Part shown: positions 40,533 to 48,907 of the stretch, piece after piece | Position numbering within the stretch: the first letter of the stretch is position 1 | Layout: every line of letters begins with the position of its first letter | Virus record (IMG/VR): IMGVR_UViG_3300048691_000203 | Location: 275 to 64,274 of that record | Length of the DNA: 64,000 bases | Reading direction: 5' to 3' (one strand) | Source of the DNA: a virus | Taxonomy: Duplodnaviria > Caudoviricetes | The notes under the pieces: generated by a model | Database searches by the model: none | Seen by the model: only the letters and a program-made list of their open reading frames with translations | What the model was told of the DNA's origin: nothing | Program-made: the position numbers and the translations under genes

Positions 40533-41307
40533 TAATCCACTCCTTTACGAATCCACTTCGTACAATATCGTCGTGAGTAAATTTGATGATATCGAAACTG
40601 GAAACATGGTGTGCTGTACTAATAGCATAATCAAATCCACTGACTTCAGTACCCTTCTTCGAGTGTAAGTCGTCCTGCCGTGAATCACCGACAAGCATGA
40701 TCCTAGAGTTCTTACCCAATCGTGTACACACACTATCAATTTCATGTTGAGTCATACTCTGAATTTCATCAACCAAGATGATGCAGTTATCAAAAGTAAC
40801 TCCACGAATGTAACTTGTTGTGACAAACTCAATCACACCAGCGTCAACCATATCCTCAAATGTAGAAGCTCGCTTGAATAGTTTACTGAAAATTTCCTTA
40901 TAGGGCGCTTGGTAAATCTCCTCCTTCTCTTCACGAGATCCTGGTAAAAAACCACTCGATCTAGTAGGAACAGCACTTCGAATAATGATCAATCTCTTTT
41001 GGTCCGTTTCGGGGTTGAGTACATCATTGATTGCCAAATAGCATCCGACGTAACTTTTTCCCGTACCAGCACTACCGGTTAGCGCCAAGTGAGAATCACC
41101 ACGCTGGTACCAGCATTGAAATACCTCACGTTGAGTATCCGTTAGTGGAGTGACATCAACACAATCTTTTTCTGTCCATGTTTTCCTCTTGCGTGCAGCA
41201 TTGAGCTGAGCATCCGTCTCGACAGTGATGAACCGTTCGCGCTTGGTTGAAGAAGCGCTTGCAGTAGACCTGCGTGAAGGTTGAGTAGAACTGAGTTTTC
41301 GTGCCAT
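40513..41307 (-). CDS. phoH: PhoH-family ATPase
   Basis: 'GSAGTGKS', 'GFLPG', 'YIRGVTF', 'DEIQ', 'TRLG.NS.I...GD..Q.D', 'DIVRSG.V'. Confidence 0.95.
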   Translation of the reverse strand: MARKLSSTQPSRRSTASASSTKRERFITVETDAQLNAARKRKTWTEKDCVDVTPLTDTQREVFQCWYQRGDSHLALTGSAGTGKSYVGCYLAINDVLNPETDQKRLIIIRSAVPTRSSGFLPGSREEKEEIYQAPYKEIFSKLFKRASTFEDMVDAGVIEFVTTSYIRGVTFDNCIILVDEIQSMTQHEIDSVCTRLGKNSRIMLVGDSRQDDLHSKKGTEVSGFDYAISTAHHVSSFDIIKFTHDDIVRSGFVKEWIIASEGF

Positions 41308-41386
41308 TTTGATCCTTTGTAGAGTTAATGTGAGGCAGTATAAATAGAAGCACGGACCAGTGCGCTTCTATCACCTCACACTACAC

Positions 41387-41884
41387 CTACAGAGTCAAGT
41401 TTGGCACTGCTATCTGTGTAACTTTATCAATCTCTTGAGCATCTTTCTTTATTTCAGCACCCTTTTCGTTAACCAAGGTTTGTAATTTTTTATCCAATTT
41501 TGCCACCTGTACTATTAGCTCTTGTTGTTTCTCTGCTGGCAATTTAGTAAAGTTGGTGAATAGAGTCGTCAGTATTGACAACTGAGATGGTGATTTTTTG
41601 GAAATATTCAACAGTTCAGAAGTAACCGCAGGATCGCTTCCGAGCTTACTAATCATCGTGACTACATCAGCACCACTTAGTTTGAGAGTTGCTCGAAATT
41701 TTTCATTCGATACAATCGACAGAGCTGTCACAATACCTGCCATTTGATTTAATACATTCGGCTTAATTAATGCCATTTTCTGCGGACTCTTGACTGTCGC
41801 TATGAGAGTGCTCAGGTAGTTGCTATACGATTCAACTAGAGAAGCTTGTGCAATGAGGGCTTGAGTGATGTCTATTAAGCGCAT
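41387..41884 (-). CDS. Helical hypothetical protein, putative internal head protein
   Basis: Start at ATG 41884, leader 'MRLIDITQ...LVE|S'; minus-strand TAAATA at 41940-41945. Confidence 0.5.
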   Translation of the reverse strand: MRLIDITQALIAQASLVESYSNYLSTLIATVKSPQKMALIKPNVLNQMAGIVTALSIVSNEKFRATLKLSGADVVTMISKLGSDPAVTSELLNISKKSPSQLSILTTLFTNFTKLPAEKQQELIVQVAKLDKKLQTLVNEKGAEIKKDAQEIDKVTQIAVPNLTL

Positions 41885-41939
41885 ATGTGTGTAAGTGTAA
41901 TATCCGGCGGTATGGATGTGGAGCACTGCCCATTCTTGG

Positions 41940-41969
41940 TATTTATGATGTGCGATAAATAGATCATAA
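41940..41969. promoter_or_regulatory. Divergent late promoter cores; the + core lies in the loop of a 7-bp inverted repeat
   Basis: TATTTA 41940-41945; TAAATA 41956-41961; TTATGAT (41943-41949) / ATCATAA (41963-41969). Confidence 0.55.
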
Positions 41970-41985
41970 TAAGAAACCCCTTCAT

Positions 41986-44883
41986 ATGGCCGTATCATTC
42001 TTCGACACACCCAACGCAATTCGAGTTGAGGGTAACTCTCAGACACTAACATTTACTCGAACATCTGATACCACAGGCACTGTGTGTTGGGCTCCGACCC
42101 CGCCAACTCCACGAAATGGCTGTGGCACACCAACAGGACACTACGCTGGTGGCACCCTCGTGGTCAGCACTACCCCCATATCTCAGCAACACAAACCCAA
42201 GGATGGGACGTGTTGCTACACAGGAGATACCAATATATCTGACACACTGTTTGCTGGAGATCGTATCGGCGGTGCTAAAGTTGTATGGAGTAGCAACACA
42301 GACAATACAACAGGCTGTGTGACGGTCACGGGGTTGGACTCATCCTGTACTGCTTACTATTTTGGATTCTTTGCTATTGACAACATATGCCAATATAACC
42401 AGTCTGGCATATACAGCTATTCTGCATCATCCCCACCAGTGCCTGAAATCAAGTGCACTTCAGGGTATCAGTGTATCCAAACATCAGGAGTAACACCATC
42501 AGCCCAGTTACCAATTCCACTCCCGACAACAAACACATTTAGTGTCAAGATGAAGGTTGATGATAAGCCCATCGATTTGATGATTAGAGGGTCTGTCTTA
42601 ACAACTTATCAATCACTGCTCGATGAACTCAATAATAGTTGGAAACGAGTAGCAGTCAATCAATTTGAGCAGGCACAGTTTCCATACTACGGTCAATTCT
42701 CGCTAGTAGCCAATAACTGGACTCAATGGGACGGCTCACGTGCTGGCGTAGTCAAACCTATAATTTCCAGTAGCGATCCTACTACGCCTGTTACCGGCGA
42801 CCTTTGGTTTGACCTAAACACCAATCAGCTGAAAGAGTGGTCAGGTAGTTCGTGGATTTTACCACCTCCTACCAATCCTGTAATCTCATATGCTAGTGAT
42901 CCTACTATCGCGCAGTGTGATGAATATTGGTTTGATGGTACCACAGCTCACATATTCGATGGAGTTGTGTGGAAGGATGTACCTTCGTATATAAGCGCGG
43001 TAGATCCAGCAAGTGCTCCAAATTTGACTTGTACCAACATCTGGCGTCAACCGACCACTGGGTTGTTCCAGAGGTGGAATGATATTTCACACAGTTGGGT
43101 TACTACCAACGTACTAACATCCTCTCTAGATCCATTGGCACTGACCGGCGGAACATTGTGGTACGATCCGATGACGATGGTTGCCTCGAGCTGGAACGGC
43201 CTATCTTGGGTTAATGTGGGAGCAACCATCAGTGTGACTGCTCCAGTAAATCCAACCCCTGATCAATATTGGGTAAATCCACTCACGCGAGTGGTACAGC
43301 AATATAACGTACTCACATCAACTTGGGCAATCCTAGCAGCACTGGTGTATCACAAAAGCCCAACAACCCCAACAGTTGGTGAGATTTGGTACAATTCCGC
43401 TACCACAAGAATATACGAATGGGACGGTGGGGCTTGGGTTGAGTTCACCGCTGGTTTATTCAATCAAATACAAGATCCCGCGGCTCGGCCTGAACTGCAA
43501 CAAGGAGCACTCTGGTACAACTCAACACTCGGACTATGGTTCACTTTGGTTGGGTCAACTCCATCCTGTAGTTGGGTGGGTGTAAGTGTTATCCAAAGTT
43601 TAATTCGCCCAAGCACTCTAACGTCAGGATACTGGTTCAACACCACTACTCGGTTATGGTATCGCCGTAACGGCGCGGTGTGGACTGCTGTATTCCCTAC
43701 GACGTCAATTGTTGATCCGACTACCCCACTATTAGGATCTACCTGGTATGACGGAACTACACTCTGGCAGTGGGACGCCACATCTAACTGGGTAGCTATT
43801 CCGTTCTCGATAACTCCTGTTAATCTGCCAGTAGGAACTCGGTGGCTAAACACCACAACAGGAGCACTGATGATCTGGTCCGGTACGGAGTGGCAAGCGG
43901 TTACTCCACCGTTCATCGCAGCTTGGAATGACATCAACAATATCAATGTCGTATCAACATTGTGTGGTGAACCTTCGATGGTAGAATTCATCAGTTCTTC
44001 ACTGCTATTCACTGATCTAGGATTTACGACTGGTACACCCATTTTGGGGCTCGATGGGTATAGTGGCCGCCCACTTACAGAAGAGATCGGCGTTGGCACA
44101 GACGGTAGCGCAGATGAGCGCCGTAAGGTAATCCATAATTTATACACAAGACTTGGTGCGCCAATCACGAACGTAGAGCTGTCGCGAGATCAGATGGACC
44201 TTGCTGTACAAAAGGGATTGGACTATATTCGACGCGACTCTGGTGCGGGTAACGCGCGTGCGTACTTTTTTCTTGACCTCAAAGCAGGACAACAAAAATA
44301 CATCCTAACAAGCCGGGCCGTTGGCTTCAACACAATTGTTGATGTCCTCAACATATATCGAACACGTGGGAGCCTTGCAGCAGTATCTTCTCCGACAGAA
44401 GAGGGTGGTGATTTGTATGGACAACAAATGATTCAGTCTTTGTATTCAGCAGGAACATTTGACTTGCTCTCGTACCACCTGATGTCTGCTTACCAGTCAC
44501 TAGTTAATAAACTATTCGTGCGTGAATTTCAATTCCAATGGACGGAACGCAGCCGGTCTCTATCAATTATGCGGTCAATAGGGTACGCTGAGCGGATCCT
44601 GATAGACGCAGTTATTGAACGGACAGAACAAGACCTCCTTACAGATCGCATGACTAAAAATTGGATTGAGGACTGGGCGCTGAGTGAGGCGATGATAATG
44701 TTGGGTAATATGCGTGGTAAATTTAGTTCTTTGGCTGGCGCTGGTGGTAGTATTACACTCAATGCCGAATCATTGAAATCAGAAGCAGTAGCAATGCAAA
44801 CAGCGCTCATCCAAGAATTGGAAGACTTTGTCGCATCTGATATTGAGACTTGGGGTATCGGTGCAAGTATAACAAAGGGATAA
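41986..44883 (+). CDS. Neck protein (T4 gp13-like C-terminal domain) with long N-terminal Trp-repeat extension
   Basis: C-terminal 'RLGAP..NVEL..DQ', 'W...W......LG..RGKF..L.G.GG.ITLN'; about 10 'P..G.LW......W.G..W' repeats. Confidence 0.8.
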   Translation: MAVSFFDTPNAIRVEGNSQTLTFTRTSDTTGTVCWAPTPPTPRNGCGTPTGHYAGGTLVVSTTPISQQHKPKDGTCCYTGDTNISDTLFAGDRIGGAKVVWSSNTDNTTGCVTVTGLDSSCTAYYFGFFAIDNICQYNQSGIYSYSASSPPVPEIKCTSGYQCIQTSGVTPSAQLPIPLPTTNTFSVKMKVDDKPIDLMIRGSVLTTYQSLLDELNNSWKRVAVNQFEQAQFPYYGQFSLVANNWTQWDGSRAGVVKPIISSSDPTTPVTGDLWFDLNTNQLKEWSGSSWILPPPTNPVISYASDPTIAQCDEYWFDGTTAHIFDGVVWKDVPSYISAVDPASAPNLTCTNIWRQPTTGLFQRWNDISHSWVTTNVLTSSLDPLALTGGTLWYDPMTMVASSWNGLSWVNVGATISVTAPVNPTPDQYWVNPLTRVVQQYNVLTSTWAILAALVYHKSPTTPTVGEIWYNSATTRIYEWDGGAWVEFTAGLFNQIQDPAARPELQQGALWYNSTLGLWFTLVGSTPSCSWVGVSVIQSLIRPSTLTSGYWFNTTTRLWYRRNGAVWTAVFPTTSIVDPTTPLLGSTWYDGTTLWQWDATSNWVAIPFSITPVNLPVGTRWLNTTTGALMIWSGTEWQAVTPPFIAAWNDINNINVVSTLCGEPSMVEFISSSLLFTDLGFTTGTPILGLDGYSGRPLTEEIGVGTDGSADERRKVIHNLYTRLGAPITNVELSRDQMDLAVQKGLDYIRRDSGAGNARAYFFLDLKAGQQKYILTSRAVGFNTIVDVLNIYRTRGSLAAVSSPTEEGGDLYGQQMIQSLYSAGTFDLLSYHLMSAYQSLVNKLFVREFQFQWTERSRSLSIMRSIGYAERILIDAVIERTEQDLLTDRMTKNWIEDWALSEAMIMLGNMRGKFSSLAGAGGSITLNAESLKSEAVAMQTALIQELEDFVASDIETWGIGASITKG

Positions 44884-44889
44884 GTGATC

Positions 44890-46674
44890 ATGAGTATATT
44901 TTTAGACCCCTCTGTTGAGAAGACCGCTGCGTATACACAGACTGTCACCAACCACACCTCGTCGGAGAGTAACTTCATCCCACGCAACACATGCACGCCG
45001 TCGGATGGTTCCTGCGCTGCGCTTCCATATCTAGCAGAAGCGCAAGCTGACACAACTGCAGGTGGGTGCATACTGATAACCGCCGGTGGGCAATTGACGT
45101 GCCCCGATACGATAGATTCTAGCTTGTGTTCTCCACTACAACTTCAATCACAAACAGCAGATAATTGCTACATCAACTCTATAGTAAATGAAAATTTGAA
45201 CATTGGCGGAGCAGACGCCTGTGTATTCAAGATGTTGGGAGTACATCAACAAGGAACATTGGTTGATGTTGCAGGAACTGGCACAGCTATTGCTAGCGAT
45301 AGCTTACCAAATTACCCAGCTGCAAATGCCTTTGATGAATATGCTGCTGGATGGCAATCGGATTTGTGTGGTGGTGGCATACTCCAGTCGTGGATAGGGT
45401 ATGACTTTGGGCTGTTAAAGCGAGAAAATTCCCAACTACAATATTACTCAAATGAGGCGACTGCAGAAGTCCGCAAACACATCACAACAATTGCTATCAA
45501 GCAAGAAGGTACAGCAGATAACTGGGTCAAGCGAGTTCGCATTGAACGTAGTGATGATGGGATTGTGTGGCGTGGAGTTGACATCATAACACTTCCACAA
45601 AACTCTGATCGTAATGTTATATCAATTAAATCAAGTGTTCCAGCTAGAATGTGGCGATTATCTCCTGTTGATGTTACAGGAGTTACCAGATGGAGAGTTG
45701 GAACTCTCGAACTGTTCGAATTTATACAAACAGACCTTCGAAACATTCAAGACTCGCCACTATTCCAAGAAAATCGAGATAGGGCATATTGCACAAATCC
45801 GATCAAGTTGAAAATTCACTACGATCTAGTTGACATTAACACCGAGTTATCGCGATTTGGAATTGACCTACCTTCGGCTGTATTCACATTTACATCAAAC
45901 TTCGCTGAGACAGTCAAACAGTTGGGTCGAGGTTTTGTGATTGGTGATGTGCTTGAGATCCCAAGTGAGATTCAGTTTTCTGCTGACATGAAGATCATTC
46001 GCAAATACGTCGAAGTGTCCGACGTCAAGTGGTCAACGTCAGGTTACACACCTGGGTGGGTGCCAATGTTCCAGAAGATCGTCGCTCGTCCAATGCTCGC
46101 TAGACAAGAGACACTCGACCTGATTGGATCACTCGAGGGAGATCTTGATAAAATTGGTGGCACAGGATTTAACCAAAGTAGTGACACACTATTCTCTACT
46201 TTTGCACTCGAAGCTAATGAACGCATCCAGATTGCAGCTGATACTATGACTCCATTATTGGGGCAAGATAATAAAATAATAGCAGAGGAATCTGAGCTTC
46301 CGAAGGAACACGTTGACTCCGCTATAGAGAACAATATTAATATAACAAAGTTAACCAATAGCTTTGAAAATCGAAATGCGCACGGCATTTATAAAGATGC
46401 AATGCCTCCAGCTGGAACTCCAGCTGAAATGTTTACGGTTGGAGATACGGCTCAGGGCTTTCCTCAATTTGCTGTCAATGGTGCGTATCACCGGGTAACC
46501 TATGATTCGGTAAGTAATGATAAAATTCCACCAAAGCTATATAGATATAGTGCGAAGAAAAATCGTTGGATATACATGGAATCAGATGAGCGTGCTGCTC
46601 ACCAGGTGAATAAGACCAATCTTAAAACATATTATGTCGATGATCAACGCATTGCTCTACAGGACATCAAATGA
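44890..46674 (+). CDS. Neck/head-closure protein (T4 gp14-like) with inserted discoidin (F5/8 type C) domain
   Basis: 'IQD..LFQENRDR.Y', 'LSRFG', 'LGR....GDVLE.P'; insert 'PA.NAFD...W...WIGYDFG...ERSDDG..W...AR.WR'. Confidence 0.75.
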   Translation: MSIFLDPSVEKTAAYTQTVTNHTSSESNFIPRNTCTPSDGSCAALPYLAEAQADTTAGGCILITAGGQLTCPDTIDSSLCSPLQLQSQTADNCYINSIVNENLNIGGADACVFKMLGVHQQGTLVDVAGTGTAIASDSLPNYPAANAFDEYAAGWQSDLCGGGILQSWIGYDFGLLKRENSQLQYYSNEATAEVRKHITTIAIKQEGTADNWVKRVRIERSDDGIVWRGVDIITLPQNSDRNVISIKSSVPARMWRLSPVDVTGVTRWRVGTLELFEFIQTDLRNIQDSPLFQENRDRAYCTNPIKLKIHYDLVDINTELSRFGIDLPSAVFTFTSNFAETVKQLGRGFVIGDVLEIPSEIQFSADMKIIRKYVEVSDVKWSTSGYTPGWVPMFQKIVARPMLARQETLDLIGSLEGDLDKIGGTGFNQSSDTLFSTFALEANERIQIAADTMTPLLGQDNKIIAEESELPKEHVDSAIENNINITKLTNSFENRNAHGIYKDAMPPAGTPAEMFTVGDTAQGFPQFAVNGAYHRVTYDSVSNDKIPPKLYRYSAKKNRWIYMESDERAAHQVNKTNLKTYYVDDQRIALQDIK

Positions 46675-47486
46675 AATTAGCGACAATACTAGCCGAAGCC
46701 GCTGTATTCACGGCCCCAGATTCTTCTAACGGCCGCCGCGCGTCTAATCCTACAATCATCGACCCCGATACAGCATCTCAATTTACAGTATCAATTGAAG
46801 CTGATCATGCACTTGAGTTAATCAAGCAACGGTGTTCCGACTCTATTCACAATTCTCCATTGTTTAGAGGATTGCGGAAAGTAACAACTGAGTATTTTGC
46901 AAGTGACTCATCTCGGATCGAACGCCGGTCTCTGGACAATCCTAATCATTACACTAAGTTACTATCAGCTGGTGGATTAGATAGTTGGAAAAATTACCCA
47001 CCTCGGGATCGTAGTACAATCTGCACAACCGCCGATACTGGTGAATCTAATGAGTATGGAGACACGTATGTCGTATTTCCTGAGAATGGTACAAAAATTG
47101 GTATATGTCCCTCATATGATTTGTGGGGTAGCTTTAAACCACTCATTCGATCTGCTGGCCAGAATGTCGATGGAGATCTGGCTCATAATTTGATCGACCT
47201 ATTTGATACGATAGACCCCGCTGGTACTGGGAATGTGACTACTCAGTTGGACCAATCAATTCGTAAATTCTACCCAAATGTCCCGATGTCAGGATCACTG
47301 AGAGACTTCCTGGAGAAGTACATGGCGCCAGAATTCAATAACTTTCAGTTAGTCACACCTGCAACAATGCCAACGTTCGAATACACTTCAGAAGTATTCC
47401 ACCTACATTCTCATGAGGTATGGTTCTCTGGTCGTGCTGTATACGTCCGATATGATATCTGGCAGCAAATTAAGGACCAACTATAA
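46671..47486 (+). CDS. Putative internal head protein, ADP-ribosyltransferase-like paralog 3
   Basis: Leader 'MKLATILAE|A'; LFRG ... STICTT ... HEVW. Confidence 0.5.
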   Translation: MKLATILAEAAVFTAPDSSNGRRASNPTIIDPDTASQFTVSIEADHALELIKQRCSDSIHNSPLFRGLRKVTTEYFASDSSRIERRSLDNPNHYTKLLSAGGLDSWKNYPPRDRSTICTTADTGESNEYGDTYVVFPENGTKIGICPSYDLWGSFKPLIRSAGQNVDGDLAHNLIDLFDTIDPAGTGNVTTQLDQSIRKFYPNVPMSGSLRDFLEKYMAPEFNNFQLVTPATMPTFEYTSEVFHLHSHEVWFSGRAVYVRYDIWQQIKDQL

Positions 47487-48286
47487 TGCAATCCCAACCA
47501 TACTTCTATAGCCATCAAATTGAACGATACCTGATTCAATTTGCTAATATATTCACAGGCTTTAAAATTAAAGTAGGGACTAATGACGATAAGTTTGTAT
47601 CCGTTCCCATCATGTATGGCAGCTATGATAAAGTAGTAGCTAGCATTCTTGGTGAGAACACCCAAAATAAACCTATGAGATTGCCGGTGATGTCAACTCA
47701 CATGACTGGGATATCCCAGGCACCGGAGATGAATAAGGGAATAGGGCAAGAGGATCGATTCTCGTATCTACCAAGTGGTGGTATGCTGCCTGATGATGTA
47801 AAAGTCATACACCGCTATATGCCAGTGCCCTACAAAATTACAACAGAAGTTCACTGTTGGGTAAGCAATCAACATCAACAGATGCAACTACTCGAACAGA
47901 TTTTGATGATATTCGATCCATCACTAACAATCCAGACGTCAGACAATCCATTTGATTGGACTAAGCTAACATTCGTCGAACTGACGGACATAAGCTTGGA
48001 CGAGGTGGTACCGGCGGGCGGTGATGAAAGAAGTATTGTGATCAAACTGAGTTTTGAGTTTCCTATTTGGATAACTCCACCAGCCAAAAACAAAGACGAT
48101 TTTATCAAGAAGATATTCATTCGGTTGGATGCCCTTGGTCGTGAGGATGCGGAGTATCTCGACCGCACTGCTGATTCTCAACACATAATAGACTTCCTTG
48201 ACGGTAAACCGCTGGGGTACATCAAAGCAATAGATGCTGATGACTATTTTTCGGCACCTCCAGCTAGTGATGAGACTACTTTCTAG
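47486..48286 (+). CDS. Tail sheath stabiliser/tail terminator (T4 gp15-like)
   Basis: 'YFY..QI.RY..QF..IF', 'VPI.YG', 'LP.MS', 'PVPY', 'Q..EQI...F.P'. Confidence 0.85.
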   Translation: MQSQPYFYSHQIERYLIQFANIFTGFKIKVGTNDDKFVSVPIMYGSYDKVVASILGENTQNKPMRLPVMSTHMTGISQAPEMNKGIGQEDRFSYLPSGGMLPDDVKVIHRYMPVPYKITTEVHCWVSNQHQQMQLLEQILMIFDPSLTIQTSDNPFDWTKLTFVELTDISLDEVVPAGGDERSIVIKLSFEFPIWITPPAKNKDDFIKKIFIRLDALGREDAEYLDRTADSQHIIDFLDGKPLGYIKAIDADDYFSAPPASDETTF

Positions 48287-48322
48287 TCACTGAGTGTGTA
48301 AATAACCATACGGAGAAATGTT

Positions 48323-48412
48323 ATGATTACCATGAACCAACAAGAACTCATGCAACACATCAATGAAATAGAAGATATGGCTGCCCGATTGATTGAAGAC
48401 ATGACATCATAA
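48323..48412 (+). CDS. Tiny helical protein (29 aa), not in ORF track
   Basis: TAAATA 48299-48304, SD GGAG, MITMNQQELMQHINEIEDMAARLIEDMTS. Confidence 0.4.
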   Translation: MITMNQQELMQHINEIEDMAARLIEDMTS

Positions 48413-48424
48413 TCATTAGAATAT

Positions 48425-48601
48425 ATGACTACCTCACAACAAGATAATATCCAACGTCGACTCTCAGAGATCACAAGATCATTGATGGAAGTAGTCAACT
48501 CTCGTGCAGCAACCAAAGAATTACTAGCAGAAGTGAGTCACACAATGGCTCAGGCAAATCAAACGCTGGATGAAATTACAGCATCAATTTCAACAAGGTA
48601 A
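48425..48601 (+). CDS. Small helical protein (58 aa), not in ORF track
   Basis: MTTSQQDNIQRRLSEITRSLMEVV...; fills the gap before 48607. Confidence 0.5.
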   Translation: MTTSQQDNIQRRLSEITRSLMEVVNSRAATKELLAEVSHTMAQANQTLDEITASISTR

Positions 48602-48606
48602 AATAT

Positions 48607-48900
48607 ATGAATACCCAACAACGCTTAGCGGAATTAGCTGGCATCACCCTCATCACCCTCATCAATGAAGCAGTCGATGTGGATTGGACGAAAGCTAGGC
48701 TCGAGGAACAATTGGCAAATATAGCAACGTCACTCGAACAGATCACATTAAAAACAAATCGACTCAGTAGAAGCGCTACTAGCACATCAGATGATACCGC
48801 TCGTGCGCGTCACTTGGAGCAACTGCTGCAAAAAACAACAGAAGTATCGAAGATATTAGCTCAGTGCCAACGAAATATTTCTGATGTGCTTAACCGCTAA
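48607..48900 (+). CDS. Coiled-coil putative internal head protein
   Basis: Leader 'QQRLAELAGITLITLINE|A'. Confidence 0.55.
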   Translation: MNTQQRLAELAGITLITLINEAVDVDWTKARLEEQLANIATSLEQITLKTNRLSRSATSTSDDTARARHLEQLLQKTTEVSKILAQCQRNISDVLNR

Positions 48901-48907
48901 CCTAAAT

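Noticed and set aside
41885-42052. N-terminal extension of the minus-strand ORF to 42052
   Set aside because: It would overlap the neck gene start and span the divergent promoter pair; ATG 41884 gives the leader pattern.
43464-44168. Long antisense ORFs (also 34722..35255, 1925..2443, 44529..45071)
   Set aside because: They shadow well-supported structural genes, lack motifs and start signals, and are expected from codon bias.
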